Shown: positions 31,204 through 42,680, numbered from the stretch's first letter. The stretch is DNA of 64,000 nucleotides from an uncultured Trueperaceae bacterium (GCA_963815215.1 CAWFFU010000003.1:288001-352000); one strand, 5' to 3'. Program-made: numbers and translations. The notes: generated by a model not told the origin, from the letters alone.

Positions 31204-32502
31204 TCAGGGGTACATGCGGGTGAGCATGCGCGGGAAGGGCACCACCTCGCGTAGGTGCTTGGCGCCGACGATCCACGCCAGGGTACGTTCCAGCCCGAGG
31301 CCGAAGCCCGAGTGCGGCACGCTGCCGAAGCGGCGCAGATCGACGTACCAGCCGAACGCGGCGGCCGGCAGGCCGTGCGCTGCGATGCGCTCCTCGAGCA
31401 GGGCGAGGTCGTGGATGCGCTGCGATCCGCCGATGATCTCGCCGTAGCCCTCGGGAGCGATCATGTCGTCGCACAGAACCCGCGTCGGGTCACCCTCGAC
31501 CGGTTGCATGTAGAACGCCTTGGTCTCGGTGGGCCAACGCTCGATCAACACCGGCCGATCGAAGTGCTCGCCCAGCAACGTCTCGTGGGGGGCGCCGAAG
31601 TCCTCGCCCCAGGCCACGTTCTCGCCCTTGTCGGCCAGCAACGCCAGCGCTTCGTCGTAGCTCAGTCGTGGGAAGCCTCCGGTCGCGCTGGGCTCCAGCC
31701 GCTTGGGGTCGCGTCCGAGCATCTCCAGCTCGCGCGCGCGGTGCTCCAGCACGCGGCCTACCAGGTAGGCCACCAGCTCCTCCTGGAGCTGCATGTTCCC
31801 CTCGTGCTCGAGGTAGGCCACCTCGGGCTCGATCATCCAGAACTCGAGCAGGTGGCGCCGAGTCTTGCTCTTCTCCGCGCGGAAGGCGGGTCCGAAGGTG
31901 TACACCTTGCCGAAGGCCAGGGCACCCGCCTCGGCGTAGAGTTGGCCCGACTGCGACAGGTAGGCGTTGTCCTGCTCGAACAGCTCGATCTCGAAGAGGT
32001 TGGTGGTGCCCTCCACGGCCGTCGGCATGAAGAACGGAGCGTCGAAGCGAAGGAAGTCGCGCTCGGCGAAGAAGTCGTGGATGGCGCGCTCGAGCTCGTC
32101 ACGGACCCGTAGCATCGCCCACGGACCGCGGTGCCGCAGGTAGAGGTGGCGGTTCTCGAACAGGAAGTCCACGCCGTGCTCCTTGGGCGTGATGGGATAG
32201 TCGTGGGCAGGCGACACCACCGCCACGTCCTCGACCCCGAGCTCGACGCCGCTGGGCGCGCGCGCGTCCTCCCGCACCCGGCCGCGCACCACCACGCTGC
32301 TCTCCTGGGTCAGTGAGCGCGCCCTCTCGAACGCCTCGTCGCCGGCCTCATTGCGCGTGATGACCCCCTGCACGAAGCCGCTTCCGTCGCGCAGTTGGAG
32401 GAAGGCGATCTTGCCACTCGAGCGGAGGTTGGTGATCCAGCCCCGCACCTCGACGGCTTCGCCGACATGCTCGGGAAGCCGCAGGATCGATGTCGTAGCC
32501 AT
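31204..32502 (-). CDS. asnS: Asparagine--tRNA ligase
   Basis: [49 protein letters not shown]. Confidence 0.97.
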   Translation of the reverse strand: MATTSILRLPEHVGEAVEVRGWITNLRSSGKIAFLQLRDGSGFVQGVITRNEAGDEAFERARSLTQESSVVVRGRVREDARAPSGVELGVEDVAVVSPAHDYPITPKEHGVDFLFENRHLYLRHRGPWAMLRVRDELERAIHDFFAERDFLRFDAPFFMPTAVEGTTNLFEIELFEQDNAYLSQSGQLYAEAGALAFGKVYTFGPAFRAEKSKTRRHLLEFWMIEPEVAYLEHEGNMQLQEELVAYLVGRVLEHRARELEMLGRDPKRLEPSATGGFPRLSYDEALALLADKGENVAWGEDFGAPHETLLGEHFDRPVLIERWPTETKAFYMQPVEGDPTRVLCDDMIAPEGYGEIIGGSQRIHDLALLEERIAAHGLPAAAFGWYVDLRRFGSVPHSGFGLGLERTLAWIVGAKHLREVVPFPRMLTRMYP

Positions 32503-32543
32503 GCGTGCGAGTCTACCAGGGGGGGCGGACCGACGGTTCGGGC

Positions 32544-33353
32544 TCAGGCCCGGTCGAGCGTCAGCGCCTCGTCGAGCGCCTCCACCACGCCACACGACTC
32601 GACGTCACCGGCCACATCGGCGAAGCGCGCGAGCAACTCCGGGGCGCTGTTCGCCATGACCACCGGGTGGCCTACGACCTCGAGCATGGACAGGTCGCCC
32701 AAGCTGTCGCCGACCGCCATGACGTCCGCGAGCGGCACCCGCAGCACCTCGGCGACGTGCCGGATGGCGCTGGCCTTGGACACGCCCTCGCGTGTCACGC
32801 TCACGAAGGCGGTGTCCTGCAACGCCGGGCTGGTCGCGGTGGAGACCTGCACGCCGTCACCCGAGATGGCGGTCACCGCAGCGATCTCGTCGATCGGCAC
32901 GATCCACTGGGCCCGCACCACCGGTTCGTTCGCGACCACGTCCTCGAGGTCACGGACGATGGCGTTGACACCGATCATCTTGGCGTGCGCCTCGCTCATG
33001 TCGGTCCTACGCTCGATGAACAGGTTGCTCGGGGTGTAGAGCTCCAGCACGCTGCCGCGCTTCCGAGCCTGTTCGATGATGTGGCGTGCGGCCGCCTCCT
33101 TGAGCGCCGACGCCTTGAGCGTCTCGCCGTCCGGATAGGCGATGTGAGCGCCCGATTGGAACACGTGCGGTGACGTCGGCCCCAGCCGTTGCGCCACCCG
33201 CAGCGCGATGCCGAACGCCGGGCGACCGGTGCACACCACCAGCTTGACGCCCGCCTCGCGAACGCGCTCGGCGGCGTCCCACACGCAGGATTGCACCACA
33301 CCCTGGGACCCGATGACGGTGCCGTCGAGATCGAGGACGACGAGGGGGATCAT
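32544..33353 (-). CDS. Cof-type HAD-IIB hydrolase
   Basis: DLDGT, CTGR, SKA, GDSLGD. Confidence 0.9.
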   Translation of the reverse strand: MIPLVVLDLDGTVIGSQGVVQSCVWDAAERVREAGVKLVVCTGRPAFGIALRVAQRLGPTSPHVFQSGAHIAYPDGETLKASALKEAAARHIIEQARKRGSVLELYTPSNLFIERRTDMSEAHAKMIGVNAIVRDLEDVVANEPVVRAQWIVPIDEIAAVTAISGDGVQVSTATSPALQDTAFVSVTREGVSKASAIRHVAEVLRVPLADVMAVGDSLGDLSMLEVVGHPVVMANSAPELLARFADVAGDVESCGVVEALDEALTLDRA

Positions 33354-35128
33354 GGTCGCTCGCCTGCCACGGCGAGTCCCAGCTCCTGGAGCTGGACGGG
33401 CTCCAACGGCGACGGGGCGCCCGTCAGCGGGTCGCCCCCCCGCTGGTTCTTGGGGAAGGCGATCACGTCGCGAAGGCTGGAGGCGCCGCTCAACAGCATG
33501 ACCAGGCGGTCGAGTCCCCAGGCGATGCCGCCGTGGGGCGGCGCGCCGTAGGACAGCGCCTCCAGAAAGAAGCCGAAGCGGCGTTCGGCTTCGTCGTCGC
33601 TGAATCCCAGCGCTCGGAACATGCGGCGCTGGAGGTCGAGGCGGTAGATCCTGAGGCTGCCGCCCCCGATCTCGTTGCCGTTCAGCACCAGATCGTAGGC
33701 GTACGCCTGGACCGAGCCAGGATCGCTCTCCAGCCGGTCCAGGTCCGCGTCGTTGGGGCGGGTGAAGGGGTGGTGCTTGAAGGTCCAACCCCCGCTCTCC
33801 TCGTCTTGCTCCAGCAGCGGGAAGTCCACCACCCACAGGAAGTCGAGCCTGTCGGGCAGGTCGATGCCGAGTACCTCGGGCAGCCGCGAACGCACCGCGC
33901 CGAGGGCCGTGCAGGCCACGTCCCAGCGGTCCGCGACGAGCAGCAGGACGTCGCCTTCGTCCTCGGACAGCTCCTGCAACCGCCCCCGCTCGTACTCGCC
34001 CAGGAACTTGGCGATGGGCCCGCTGAAGCCACCGTCGCCGCCGTACTTCAACCACGCCATGCCCTTGGCGCCGTGCCGCTTGGCGTGAGCCTCCAGCTCG
34101 TCGAGCGTACGTCTAGTCAACGGCGCGGCCTCGAAGGCGGGCACCCGCAGTGCCTTCACCACACCGCCGGCGTCGAGCACCGTAGCGAAGCCCCGGAAGG
34201 CGGTGCCTTCGAACGCCGACGAGGCGTCGGCGAGGGGGAGACCGAAGCGGGTGTCGGGTTTGTCGCTGCCGTAGCGGTCCATCGCCTCGCGGTAGCTCAG
34301 GCGTGGGAACGGAGTGACGATCTCGGCGCCCGTAGCCGCGGTGACGACCGCTTCCATCAGCCCTTCGCTGAGGTCCAGCACGTCGTCCTGATCGACGAAT
34401 GCCATCTCCAGGTCGAGCTGGGTGAAGTCGGGCTGGCGGTCGGCCCGGAGGTCCTCGTCGCGGAAACACCGCGCCACCTGGAAGTAGCGGTCCACGCCCG
34501 CCATCATCAACATCTGCTTGAAGAGCTGCGGGGACTGGGGCAGGGCGTAGAAGGAGCCCGGCCTGAGCCGCGCCGGTACCACGTAGTCGCGCGCGCCTTC
34601 GGGGGTCGACAGGGTGAGTAGCGGGGTCTCGACCTGCACGAAGTCGCGCGCATCGAGGTAGTCCCAGATGGCCTTGGTCACGCGGTGGCGCACGCGCAAC
34701 GGTGCCAGCGCCTGCGGGCGCCGCAGGTCGAGGTAGCGGTGCTTGAGGCGCAGGTCCTCGCTGACCTCGCCGGCGTCGACGCTGCCGTCGACCAGGAACG
34801 GCGGCGTGCGGGCCGATGAGAGCACCTCGAGCCGCCGGGCCACCACCTCGACCTCGCCGGTGGGATTGTGCGCGGCGCGCTGCTCGGGCGGGCGCAGACG
34901 CACCTCACCTTCGAGCTCGACCACGAACTCGCTCCGGATACTCTGGGCGGTGCTGAACGCCTCGCTGTCGTCGGGCTCCACCACGACCTGGGTGAGACCC
35001 TCGCGATCGCGTAGGTCGAAGAAGATGAGTCCGCCGAGGTCGCGCCTGCGGTTGACCCAACCTTGCAGCACGACGTCCTGGGCGGCGTGCGAGGCGCGCA
35101 ACGCCCCGCAGGAATGGCTTCGTCTCAT
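33350..35128 (-). CDS. aspS: Aspartate--tRNA ligase (bacterial type with GAD insert)
   Basis: [55 protein letters not shown]. Confidence 0.98.
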   Translation of the reverse strand: MRRSHSCGALRASHAAQDVVLQGWVNRRRDLGGLIFFDLRDREGLTQVVVEPDDSEAFSTAQSIRSEFVVELEGEVRLRPPEQRAAHNPTGEVEVVARRLEVLSSARTPPFLVDGSVDAGEVSEDLRLKHRYLDLRRPQALAPLRVRHRVTKAIWDYLDARDFVQVETPLLTLSTPEGARDYVVPARLRPGSFYALPQSPQLFKQMLMMAGVDRYFQVARCFRDEDLRADRQPDFTQLDLEMAFVDQDDVLDLSEGLMEAVVTAATGAEIVTPFPRLSYREAMDRYGSDKPDTRFGLPLADASSAFEGTAFRGFATVLDAGGVVKALRVPAFEAAPLTRRTLDELEAHAKRHGAKGMAWLKYGGDGGFSGPIAKFLGEYERGRLQELSEDEGDVLLLVADRWDVACTALGAVRSRLPEVLGIDLPDRLDFLWVVDFPLLEQDEESGGWTFKHHPFTRPNDADLDRLESDPGSVQAYAYDLVLNGNEIGGGSLRIYRLDLQRRMFRALGFSDDEAERRFGFFLEALSYGAPPHGGIAWGLDRLVMLLSGASSLRDVIAFPKNQRGGDPLTGAPSPLEPVQLQELGLAVAGERP

Positions 35129-35216
35129 GCCCGTGAGCTTATCAGAGCGCGCCGTGCGCACCGCTGGGGTCGCCGGTGGGAGCCGGGGCCCATCCGGGGT
35201 CCGCCCGGCAGGCGGC

Positions 35217-36476
35217 TCACCGTCGCTCCAGCAGGTAGCGGAGCAGCTCGCTCTCGGCGACCGGTGCCTGCTCGCCACTGGCCAGGTGCTTGACCTGCAG
35301 CACCCCTTGCTCCCGTTCGCTGCCGCCGCGCAGGCCGGCGAACGCTGCGCCGCTGCGATCGGCCTCCTTCAGCCCCTTGCCGGGATTGCGCGGCTGGTAG
35401 CTGTGCTCGACCCGGACGTGGTCCCGCAGGGCGATGGCCAGCCGCGTGACCTCCAGCACGGCCGGTTCGTCGAGCGGCACCAGGAAGAGCGCGGGGCGGT
35501 CCTCGTCGACCGGCGCCACCCCTTCCTGGGCCAGGGCGTCGAACACCCGTTCGATGCCGACCGCCCAGCCCACGCCCGGGAGCGGCGGGCCTCCGAGTCT
35601 CTCGATCAGGCCGTCGTAACGGCCGCCGCCGCCCAGCGCCGACTGAGCGCCGATCCCCTCGAAGTGGACCTCGAAGGCCGTTCGGCGGTAGTAGTCGAGC
35701 CCGCGCACGATGGCGGGGTCGATCTCGTAGGGCACGTCCCACGCGTCCAGATAGCCGCGCACCTCGTCCAGGTGCGCGCGGGCGCCCTCGCCCAGGAAGT
35801 CGATGGGGCGCTTGAGCCCCTCGAGCAGGGCCTGGTCCTCCTCGGACTTGCTGTCGAGCACCCGCATGGGGTTGAGTTCCAGCCGCCGTCGGCTCGTCTC
35901 CGACAGCGCTTCCGCCCGTGGGGCGAGCTGTTCACGCAGGTAGGCGTTGTAGGCCGCGCGGTCTTGAGGATCGCCGACCGAGCCCAGCCGCATGTGGTGC
36001 CGGCGCAGCCCGCTGCGGTGCAGGACCCGGTACAGGAGCTGGACCGCCTCGGCGTCGGCGAGCGCCTGGGAAAGCCCCACGATCTCGAGGTTGATCTGGT
36101 GGAACTGGCGGTAGCGTCCGCGTTGCACGTTCTCGGCGCGGAACAGAGGACCGGCGCTCCACAGCTTCACGGGCCGTGGCAGCGTGTGCATGCCGTGCTC
36201 GATGAAGGCGCGCAGCACACCGGCGGTGAACTCCGGCCGCAGCGTCAGCTGCCGTCCACCGCGATCCTCGAAGCTGTACATCTCCTTCTGCACCACCAGG
36301 TCGGCGGAATCGCCCACGGACTTGTCGAAGACCTCGCTGTACTCGAACACCGGCGTCGTCAGCCGGCGGGCACCGGCGCGCGAGAGCTCGAGCTCGACCG
36401 CGGCCAGCAGATGCCGCCAGAGGGGCTGCTCGTCGGGGAGGACGTCGTGGGTGCCCTTCACGGCTTGCGGTTTCAT
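35217..36476 (-). CDS. hisS: Histidine--tRNA ligase
   Basis: KEMYSF, LRPEFTA, FRAE, RGLDYY, GGGRYD. Confidence 0.98.
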   Translation of the reverse strand: MKPQAVKGTHDVLPDEQPLWRHLLAAVELELSRAGARRLTTPVFEYSEVFDKSVGDSADLVVQKEMYSFEDRGGRQLTLRPEFTAGVLRAFIEHGMHTLPRPVKLWSAGPLFRAENVQRGRYRQFHQINLEIVGLSQALADAEAVQLLYRVLHRSGLRRHHMRLGSVGDPQDRAAYNAYLREQLAPRAEALSETSRRRLELNPMRVLDSKSEEDQALLEGLKRPIDFLGEGARAHLDEVRGYLDAWDVPYEIDPAIVRGLDYYRRTAFEVHFEGIGAQSALGGGGRYDGLIERLGGPPLPGVGWAVGIERVFDALAQEGVAPVDEDRPALFLVPLDEPAVLEVTRLAIALRDHVRVEHSYQPRNPGKGLKEADRSGAAFAGLRGGSEREQGVLQVKHLASGEQAPVAESELLRYLLERR

Positions 36477-36582
36477 AGGGTCCGAGTCTACCGCGCTCCG
36501 GCGCGCGCGCCACGAGCAGCGGGGCCGCTCATGGCGGCCCCGCAGGTCGATGGGCGGCGTTGCGCCGCTCGCGAGATTCGGC

Positions 36583-36945
36583 TCAGGGGAAGTTAGCGGG
36601 GAGGCCGTTGCTGGCCTGGCCGTCTACGACGACGAAGACGAAGCCGTACCCCGCGTTCTGCGGTTCGGTGAACTCGATGCGGCTGGGGCTCCACGACGTC
36701 GGCTTCACCTTCATGCCGCCCTCGAGGTTCATGTTCGCCCCGATCAGGACGTAGCTGTTCGCCCCCGTACCACCATGGCCGTCGCCGAAGTAGCGGCCCT
36801 GGAGCACGACGGTGCCGCCCCTCGTCTGTGGGGACGTGACGGAGATCAGGGTCGGGGTCACGTTGGTCGCCACCGCGGTGGTGGGTGCGCACGCTGCTAG
36901 CGTGATGGCAAGCAACCCGAGCGCTATCCAGGCAAGACGCTTCAC
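36583..36945 (-). CDS. Small lipoprotein, IPT/TIG-like beta domain
   Basis: Lipobox LAAC; GAGGAGG RBS; SWSPSRIEFTEP; SNGLP end. Confidence 0.75.
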   Translation of the reverse strand: MKRLAWIALGLLAITLAACAPTTAVATNVTPTLISVTSPQTRGGTVVLQGRYFGDGHGGTGANSYVLIGANMNLEGGMKVKPTSWSPSRIEFTEPQNAGYGFVFVVVDGQASNGLPANFP

Positions 36946-36966
36946 GGTCTCCTCCTCGTTCACCAG

Positions 36967-36995
36967 AGCCTACGGAGCGCGGCGCCCTGCGTCAA
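36967..36995 (-). promoter_or_regulatory. Sigma70-type promoter of the lipoprotein gene
   Basis: TTGACG-17 bp-TAGGCT on the minus strand. Confidence 0.65.
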
Positions 36996-37053
36996 TGGGA
37001 TGTTTCATAGCCTGCGGGCGGGCCCCTCCGCTGCTCACGGTACGATATTCGGC

Positions 37054-37635
37054 GTGAGTAGCCACTACTTCGCCTACCTTGCGCGGCTGAAGTACATCCT
37101 GCGGTGGGGCCTGATGCGCAACACTCGCCCGGAGAACACGCAGGAGCACAGCCTGCAGGTGGCGATGGTGGCGCATGCCCTGGCGGTGATCCGCAACAGG
37201 GTCTACGGCGGCGCCGTCGATCCCGACCGCACCGCGTTGCTGGCGGTATTCCACGACGCCGAGGAGGTCATCACCGGCGACGTGCCGACCCCCATCAAGT
37301 ACTTCAACCCCAAGGTGGCCGAGGCGATGGACGGGATCCGGGACGTAGCCCGCGATCGTCTGTTGGCGATGCTGCCGGAGGAGCTCCGCGGCGCCTATCG
37401 GGATCTGTTGTTCCCGTCGAGCGCGGACGCCGCCGAGTGGCGGCTGGTCAAGCTCGCCGACAAGCTGACCGCCTACCTCAAGTGCGTGGAGGAAGCCAAG
37501 GCGGGCAACGAGGAGTTCGCTCGCGCGGAGCAGGTCATCCGCGCCGATCTCGCCGCGATCGAGGAGCCGGAGGTCGCGTACTTCCTGGAGACGTTCGCGC
37601 CGAGCTTCCAGTTGACGCTCGACGAATTGAACTGA
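37054..37635 (+). CDS. yfbR: HD-domain 5'-deoxynucleotidase
   Basis: RLKYILRWGLMRN...ENTQEHS, FHD, TGDVPTPIKY, ADKL, GNEEF. Confidence 0.92.
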   Translation: MSSHYFAYLARLKYILRWGLMRNTRPENTQEHSLQVAMVAHALAVIRNRVYGGAVDPDRTALLAVFHDAEEVITGDVPTPIKYFNPKVAEAMDGIRDVARDRLLAMLPEELRGAYRDLLFPSSADAAEWRLVKLADKLTAYLKCVEEAKAGNEEFARAEQVIRADLAAIEEPEVAYFLETFAPSFQLTLDELN

Positions 37636-37824
37636 ATCACGGCTGCGGAATTCACAAGCGCACGAGCAGATACCTTGTGACATCGTGCGCATGCTGGCAT
37701 GACGGGCGTGACCGTCGGCAACGGAGACCGGCGGGGAAGAGCGACGCCCGGCTGGTAGACTTCTCTGGCGCCGGACGCGACGGACACGCGGCAGACCGCC
37801 GGCGACGGGCGGAGGTGAGGCGAC

Positions 37825-39216
37825 ATGGTTCAGGCTCCCGACTTGGAGGCCCAGCGCGAGGAGCTCCTGGAGCTGGTCGAGGCGCGACGCTTCGAGGAGC
37901 TGCGTTTGCGGCTTCGCGACCGTGAGCCGCACGACCTCGCCGAGCTGATGGACGACCTGCCGCACGAGGCCGAGGCCGTGGTGTTCCGTATCCTGCCGCG
38001 CGACCTGGCCGCCGACACCTTCGAGTACCTGCGGGTAGACGCACAGGAGCGGTTGCTCAGGGCGATGGGCGAGCGCGAGGTGGCGCTCGTCCTCAACGAC
38101 ATGTCGCCGGACGATCGCACCGCACTGCTCGAGGAACTGCCCGGCAAGGTGACCAAGCGGCTGCTCAACCTGCTGTCGCCCGACGAGCGCAGCGTGGCCA
38201 CACGCCTGCTCGGTTACCCCGAAGACTCGGTCGGACGACTCATGACGCCCGACTATGTGGCCGTCAAGCCGCACTGGACGGTCGGCGACGCTCTGACGCA
38301 CATCCGCGAGTTCGGCAGTGACTCGGAGACCCTCAACATCCTGTACGTGACGGCCAAGGGTGGCCGGCTCATCGACGACCTTCGCATGCGCGAGCTGCTG
38401 CTGGTCGATCCGGACACCCGCATCGAGGCGCTCATGGACCGCCAGTTCGTGGCGCTGGAGGCGACGCAGGACCAGGAGGAGGCGGTCAGCGCCTTCCGGA
38501 GGCTGGACCGTACGGCGCTGCCGGTCACGGACACAGGCGGGATCCTGGTCGGCATCGTGACGGTGGATGACGTGCTGGACGTGGCCGAGGAGGAAGCCAC
38601 CGAGGACTTCCACAAGCTCGGCGGTGTCGAGGCGTTCGACGAGCCCTACCTCCGCATCGCGATCCCGGCCCTGGTCCGCAAGCGGGCGGTGTGGCTGGTG
38701 ATGCTGTTCATCGGCGAGATGCTCACCGCCACGGCGATGGGGTTCTTCCAGAACGAGATCGCCAAGGCGGTGGTGCTGTCGCTGTTCATCCCGCTCATCA
38801 TCTCCAGCGGCGGCAACTCCGGCTCGCAGGCGGCCACGCTGGTCACCCGGGCCATGGCGCTGGGCGAGGTCACGATGCGCGACTGGTGGCGCGTGACGCG
38901 GCGCGAGCTGGTCGCCGGGTTGTCGCTCGGCGTCATCCTTGGTGCCGTGGGCTTCGCACGCATCACCGTGTGGGCCCTCGCGTTCAACATGTACGGCCCG
39001 CACTGGCCCCTCATCGCCGCCACCATCTTCTTCTCGCTGATCGGTGTGGTGCTGTGGGGCTCGCTGGCGGGCTCGCTGCTGCCGATCGTGCTCAAGCGCG
39101 TCGGCGCCGACCCGGCGTCGTCGTCGGCGCCCTTCGTGGCGACCATCGTGGACGTGACGGGCATCATCATCTTCTTCACGGTGGCGGCGACGCTGCTGAC
39201 CGGCACACTGCTATAG
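37825..39216 (+). CDS. mgtE: Magnesium transporter MgtE
   Basis: N-domain, CBS pair, GIVTVDD, SGGNSGSQ, APFVATIVD. Confidence 0.96.
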   Translation: MVQAPDLEAQREELLELVEARRFEELRLRLRDREPHDLAELMDDLPHEAEAVVFRILPRDLAADTFEYLRVDAQERLLRAMGEREVALVLNDMSPDDRTALLEELPGKVTKRLLNLLSPDERSVATRLLGYPEDSVGRLMTPDYVAVKPHWTVGDALTHIREFGSDSETLNILYVTAKGGRLIDDLRMRELLLVDPDTRIEALMDRQFVALEATQDQEEAVSAFRRLDRTALPVTDTGGILVGIVTVDDVLDVAEEEATEDFHKLGGVEAFDEPYLRIAIPALVRKRAVWLVMLFIGEMLTATAMGFFQNEIAKAVVLSLFIPLIISSGGNSGSQAATLVTRAMALGEVTMRDWWRVTRRELVAGLSLGVILGAVGFARITVWALAFNMYGPHWPLIAATIFFSLIGVVLWGSLAGSLLPIVLKRVGADPASSSAPFVATIVDVTGIIIFFTVAATLLTGTLL

Positions 39217-39332
39217 ACACTCCGCTGTAGACGCCCTGCGGCGTAGTCGATGACGTCGGCGGCGCTCGGCCCTGGAGGGAGCCGAATGTCCCTGCAGCAC
39301 CGACGTATCGTGGGCTCGCACGGGAGGTGCCT

Positions 39333-41876
39333 ATGACACGGCCACGTGGAATCCCTCCGACTTCAGACGCTCAGACTCCTGTGAAGGATGCGGACCAGCT
39401 CGACGACGTGCTGCATTCCCTCGACACCACACTCGATGGCCTGAGCGGGGAAGAGGCGGCCGAGCGCCTGGAGCGCTACGGCCGCAACGCGCTGGCGGAG
39501 CGCACGCGCAACCCGCTGGGCCAGTTCCTGTCCTACCTGTGGGGCCCGATCCCCTGGATGATCGAGGTCGCGGCGATCCTTTCCGTCATCGACCGGCACT
39601 GGGCGGACCTCGTCATCATCGTGACGCTCCTGCTATTCAACGCAGCCGTGGGCTTCTTCCAGGAGTTCCAGGCCACCAACGCGGTGGACGCCTTGAAGAG
39701 GCAGCTCGCGCTGAAGGCCCGGGTGCGCCGAGACGGCAGCTGGCGGCAGATCGATGCTGCCGAGCTCGTACCGGGCGACGTGTTGCGCCTCCGGCTCGGG
39801 GACATCGTGCCCGGGGACGTCAAGCTGGCGGACGGCGACTTCCTCAGCGTCGACCAGTCGGCGTTGACGGGCGAGTCGTTGCCGGTCCAGAAGCGGGCGG
39901 GTGACGCCGCGTACTCGGGGTCCGTCGTGAAGCAGGGGGAGATGGTGGCCGTGGTGACGGCCACCGGGAGCAGCACCTTCTTCGGCAAGACGGCCAGGCT
40001 GGTGGGCGAGGCGAAGTCGGTGTCGCACTTCCAGCGTGCGGTGTTGCGCATCGGTGACTACCTGATCTACCTGAGCCTGGTGCTCGCCGCCGTGCTGGTG
40101 TTGGTGCAGGTCGGTCGTGGGGCGCCGCTGGTGACGCTGGCGCAGTTCACGCTGATCTTGGTGGTGGCGGCGATCCCCGTGGCGATGCCGGCGGTGCTGT
40201 CGGTCACCATGGCGATCGGGGCCAGGACTCTGGCCGGGATGAAGGCCATCGTCACGCGGCTCGAGTCGATCGAAGAGATGGCGGGCATGGACATCCTGTG
40301 CTCGGACAAGACGGGCACCCTGACGCAGAACAGCCTGACCCTGGGCGACCCTGTGCTGTTCGGGGCGGTCGACGCGCAGCAACTCATCCTGGCCGCGGCG
40401 CTGGCCTCGGTAGAGGAGGACCAGGACGCCATCGACCTTGCCGTGCTGGGCGGTTTGGAGGACGCATCCATGGCGGCAACGTTCCGGCGGCGGTCGTTCA
40501 CGCCGTTCGACCCCGTCGGCAAGCGCACGGAAGCGACGATCGACGACCCCGCGGGTGGCTCGTTCCGGGTCAGTAAGGGGGCGCCGCAGGTGATCCTCGA
40601 CCTGTGCCGGACCGCGCCGTCGGTCCGGGCCCGGGCCGAGCAGACGATCGACGACCTGGCCGCGAAGGGCTATCGCACCCTGGGTGTGGCCCGGTCGGAC
40701 GGTGGACAGGGGTGGACGTTCCTGGGGATCCTGCCGCTGTTCGATCCGCCACGGGAGGACTCGCCCGAGACCATCCGACGGGCGCGTGAGCACGGCGTCG
40801 AGGTCAAGATGGTCACCGGCGATAACGTGGCGATCGCACGCGAGATGAGCGGACGGCTCGGCCTGGGGCAGAACATCCGGGCGGTCGAGGACCTGTCCAC
40901 GGACGACGCGGACGACGCTTTCGACGATGGAGCGGTCGAGGACGCCGATGGCTTCGCGCAGGTGTTCCCGGAGCACAAGTACCGCATCGTGAAGCGCCTA
41001 CAGGCCTTGGGTCACATCGTCGGCATGACCGGTGACGGGGTGAACGATGCCCCGGCACTCAAGCAGGCGGACACCGGGGTCGCCGTGAGCGGGGCCACCG
41101 ATGCCGCCCGCGCGGCCTCCGACCTGGTGCTCGTCGCGCCGGGGCTGTCGGTCATCGTGCGCGCCATCGAAGAGGCCCGCAAGATCTTCGAGCGCATGAA
41201 CAGCTATGCCATCTACCGCATCACCGAGACGATCCGCATCATGGTGTTCGTGGTCCTGGCCATGACGGTGTTCAACGTCTATCCGATCACCGCCATCATG
41301 ATCATCCTGCTGGCGTTCTTCAACGACGTGCCCATCATGGCCATCGCCTACGACAACACCTGGCTCGACCCGAAGCCCGTGCGTTGGGACATGCGCCGGA
41401 TCCTTACCGTCTCGACCGTCCTGGGGCTGATCGGTGTGATCGAGACCTTCGGCCTGCTGGTCCTCGGGCGTGTGTGGCTCCAGCTCGACAACGCCCAGAT
41501 CCAGAGCTTCATCTTCCTGAAGCTGGCCGTGGCCGGCCACCTTACGCTGTTCGTGGCGCGCACCCGCAAGCCGTTCCTGAGCCGACCGCACCCGGCGCCG
41601 GTGGTGCTGTGGTCGGCCATCGTGACCAAGATCGCGGCCACGTTGCTGGTGGCCTTCGGGCTGGGCCTGGTCGCGCCCATCTCGTGGCTGGACATCGGCC
41701 TGATCTGGGGGTACTGCCTGGTCTGGATCTTCATCGAGGACTGGGCCAAGCTCGCGACCTACCACCACTTGGATCTCAGCGGACCTCGGCATCGCTCGTT
41801 CCTCGACCGCATCCAGACGCCTCTCCACGCTTACGGCAAGACGCATCGCGGGCGCTCGGCCTCCGGCGGCGACTAG
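39333..41876 (+). CDS. Plasma-membrane-type proton-efflux P-type ATPase (P3A)
   Basis: WGPIPWMIE, TGES, IPVAMP, DKTGTLT, KGAP, GDGVNDAPALK, YRITETIR, FFNDVPIM. Confidence 0.92.
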   Translation: MTRPRGIPPTSDAQTPVKDADQLDDVLHSLDTTLDGLSGEEAAERLERYGRNALAERTRNPLGQFLSYLWGPIPWMIEVAAILSVIDRHWADLVIIVTLLLFNAAVGFFQEFQATNAVDALKRQLALKARVRRDGSWRQIDAAELVPGDVLRLRLGDIVPGDVKLADGDFLSVDQSALTGESLPVQKRAGDAAYSGSVVKQGEMVAVVTATGSSTFFGKTARLVGEAKSVSHFQRAVLRIGDYLIYLSLVLAAVLVLVQVGRGAPLVTLAQFTLILVVAAIPVAMPAVLSVTMAIGARTLAGMKAIVTRLESIEEMAGMDILCSDKTGTLTQNSLTLGDPVLFGAVDAQQLILAAALASVEEDQDAIDLAVLGGLEDASMAATFRRRSFTPFDPVGKRTEATIDDPAGGSFRVSKGAPQVILDLCRTAPSVRARAEQTIDDLAAKGYRTLGVARSDGGQGWTFLGILPLFDPPREDSPETIRRAREHGVEVKMVTGDNVAIAREMSGRLGLGQNIRAVEDLSTDDADDAFDDGAVEDADGFAQVFPEHKYRIVKRLQALGHIVGMTGDGVNDAPALKQADTGVAVSGATDAARAASDLVLVAPGLSVIVRAIEEARKIFERMNSYAIYRITETIRIMVFVVLAMTVFNVYPITAIMIILLAFFNDVPIMAIAYDNTWLDPKPVRWDMRRILTVSTVLGLIGVIETFGLLVLGRVWLQLDNAQIQSFIFLKLAVAGHLTLFVARTRKPFLSRPHPAPVVLWSAIVTKIAATLLVAFGLGLVAPISWLDIGLIWGYCLVWIFIEDWAKLATYHHLDLSGPRHRSFLDRIQTPLHAYGKTHRGRSASGGD

Positions 41877-42581
41877 CGGTCGGAGAGGCGCGGCCATCGC
41901 GGCCCCCGGCCGGCCAGTGTGCGACCGCGGGAGACCGCGGTGGCCGCGGTGGCCGCGAGTAGTGGGGACGCATGTCGGCACCGCCCTCATCGCGCGCCTG
42001 CGGCGGCGCGACATACGGATCCGGCCTCGGACCGTAGTCAACAAGTGTTATCAAATCTTCTTGGACCTCAATCACCTCCGCGCACGGTCGGACGCTCCAC
42101 GCCGAACCCACCAACGCATGACTTGCGATGTCGTGTGGGACGCGCTGTCAGGCCTATACCGACCCGTCTGTATAGAACATGATCAACGAAACAGACGGAT
42201 CTCCATCCCGGCAGGTGCAGCCGAACAGGCCCCGCGCAGCGAGTGCGTGCGTTGCTGAAGCGCATGGGAGCGACCCTGCTGGCGTGGGCCGGCCGGCGCC
42301 GCATCGAGGGCGCCGAGCGCGTCTTCGGGATCGTGCCGGAGCGCCGGCCCGCGGGTAGCTGCGGGCGCCTGCGCCGGCGCGGGGCCTGCGCCGGCGTTGT
42401 CGTGCGCCGGCTTGGACCCGCCGCCGAGGGAACGAGGGGTCGAGTGGACTTCGGACGAGTGGACCCGCGGCCGAGCGCACGCCTCGGTCCGAGGCGGCAG
42501 CGATCGGCGTTCCTGGACCGTCCGCTGTCTGGTGGGAGCGCGGTGGCAGCCGGACGCTTCGGCGGAGTGCCGGAGTGTTAA

Positions 42582-42609
42582 AAACCTGATAACTCGTCTT
42601 ATCAGGGTT
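42582..42609. other. Putative dif-like tyrosine-recombinase site (11-6-11)
   Basis: AAACCTGATAA-CTCGTC-TTATCAGGGTT; arms are a 10/11 inverted repeat with ATAA/TTAT inner ends; 71 bp upstream of the recombinase. Confidence 0.7.
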
Positions 42610-42680
42610 TGATATCCTGCGTACATGAAGTGCTGCTGTACGCCATCGCGCCGCCCCGGGTCGGCCGCACGGGGTGCGCT

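Noticed and set aside
37636..37824. M-box (ykoK) riboswitch upstream of mgtE
   Set aside because: No recognisable M-box consensus, and the likely leader from the -10 near 37756 is too short.
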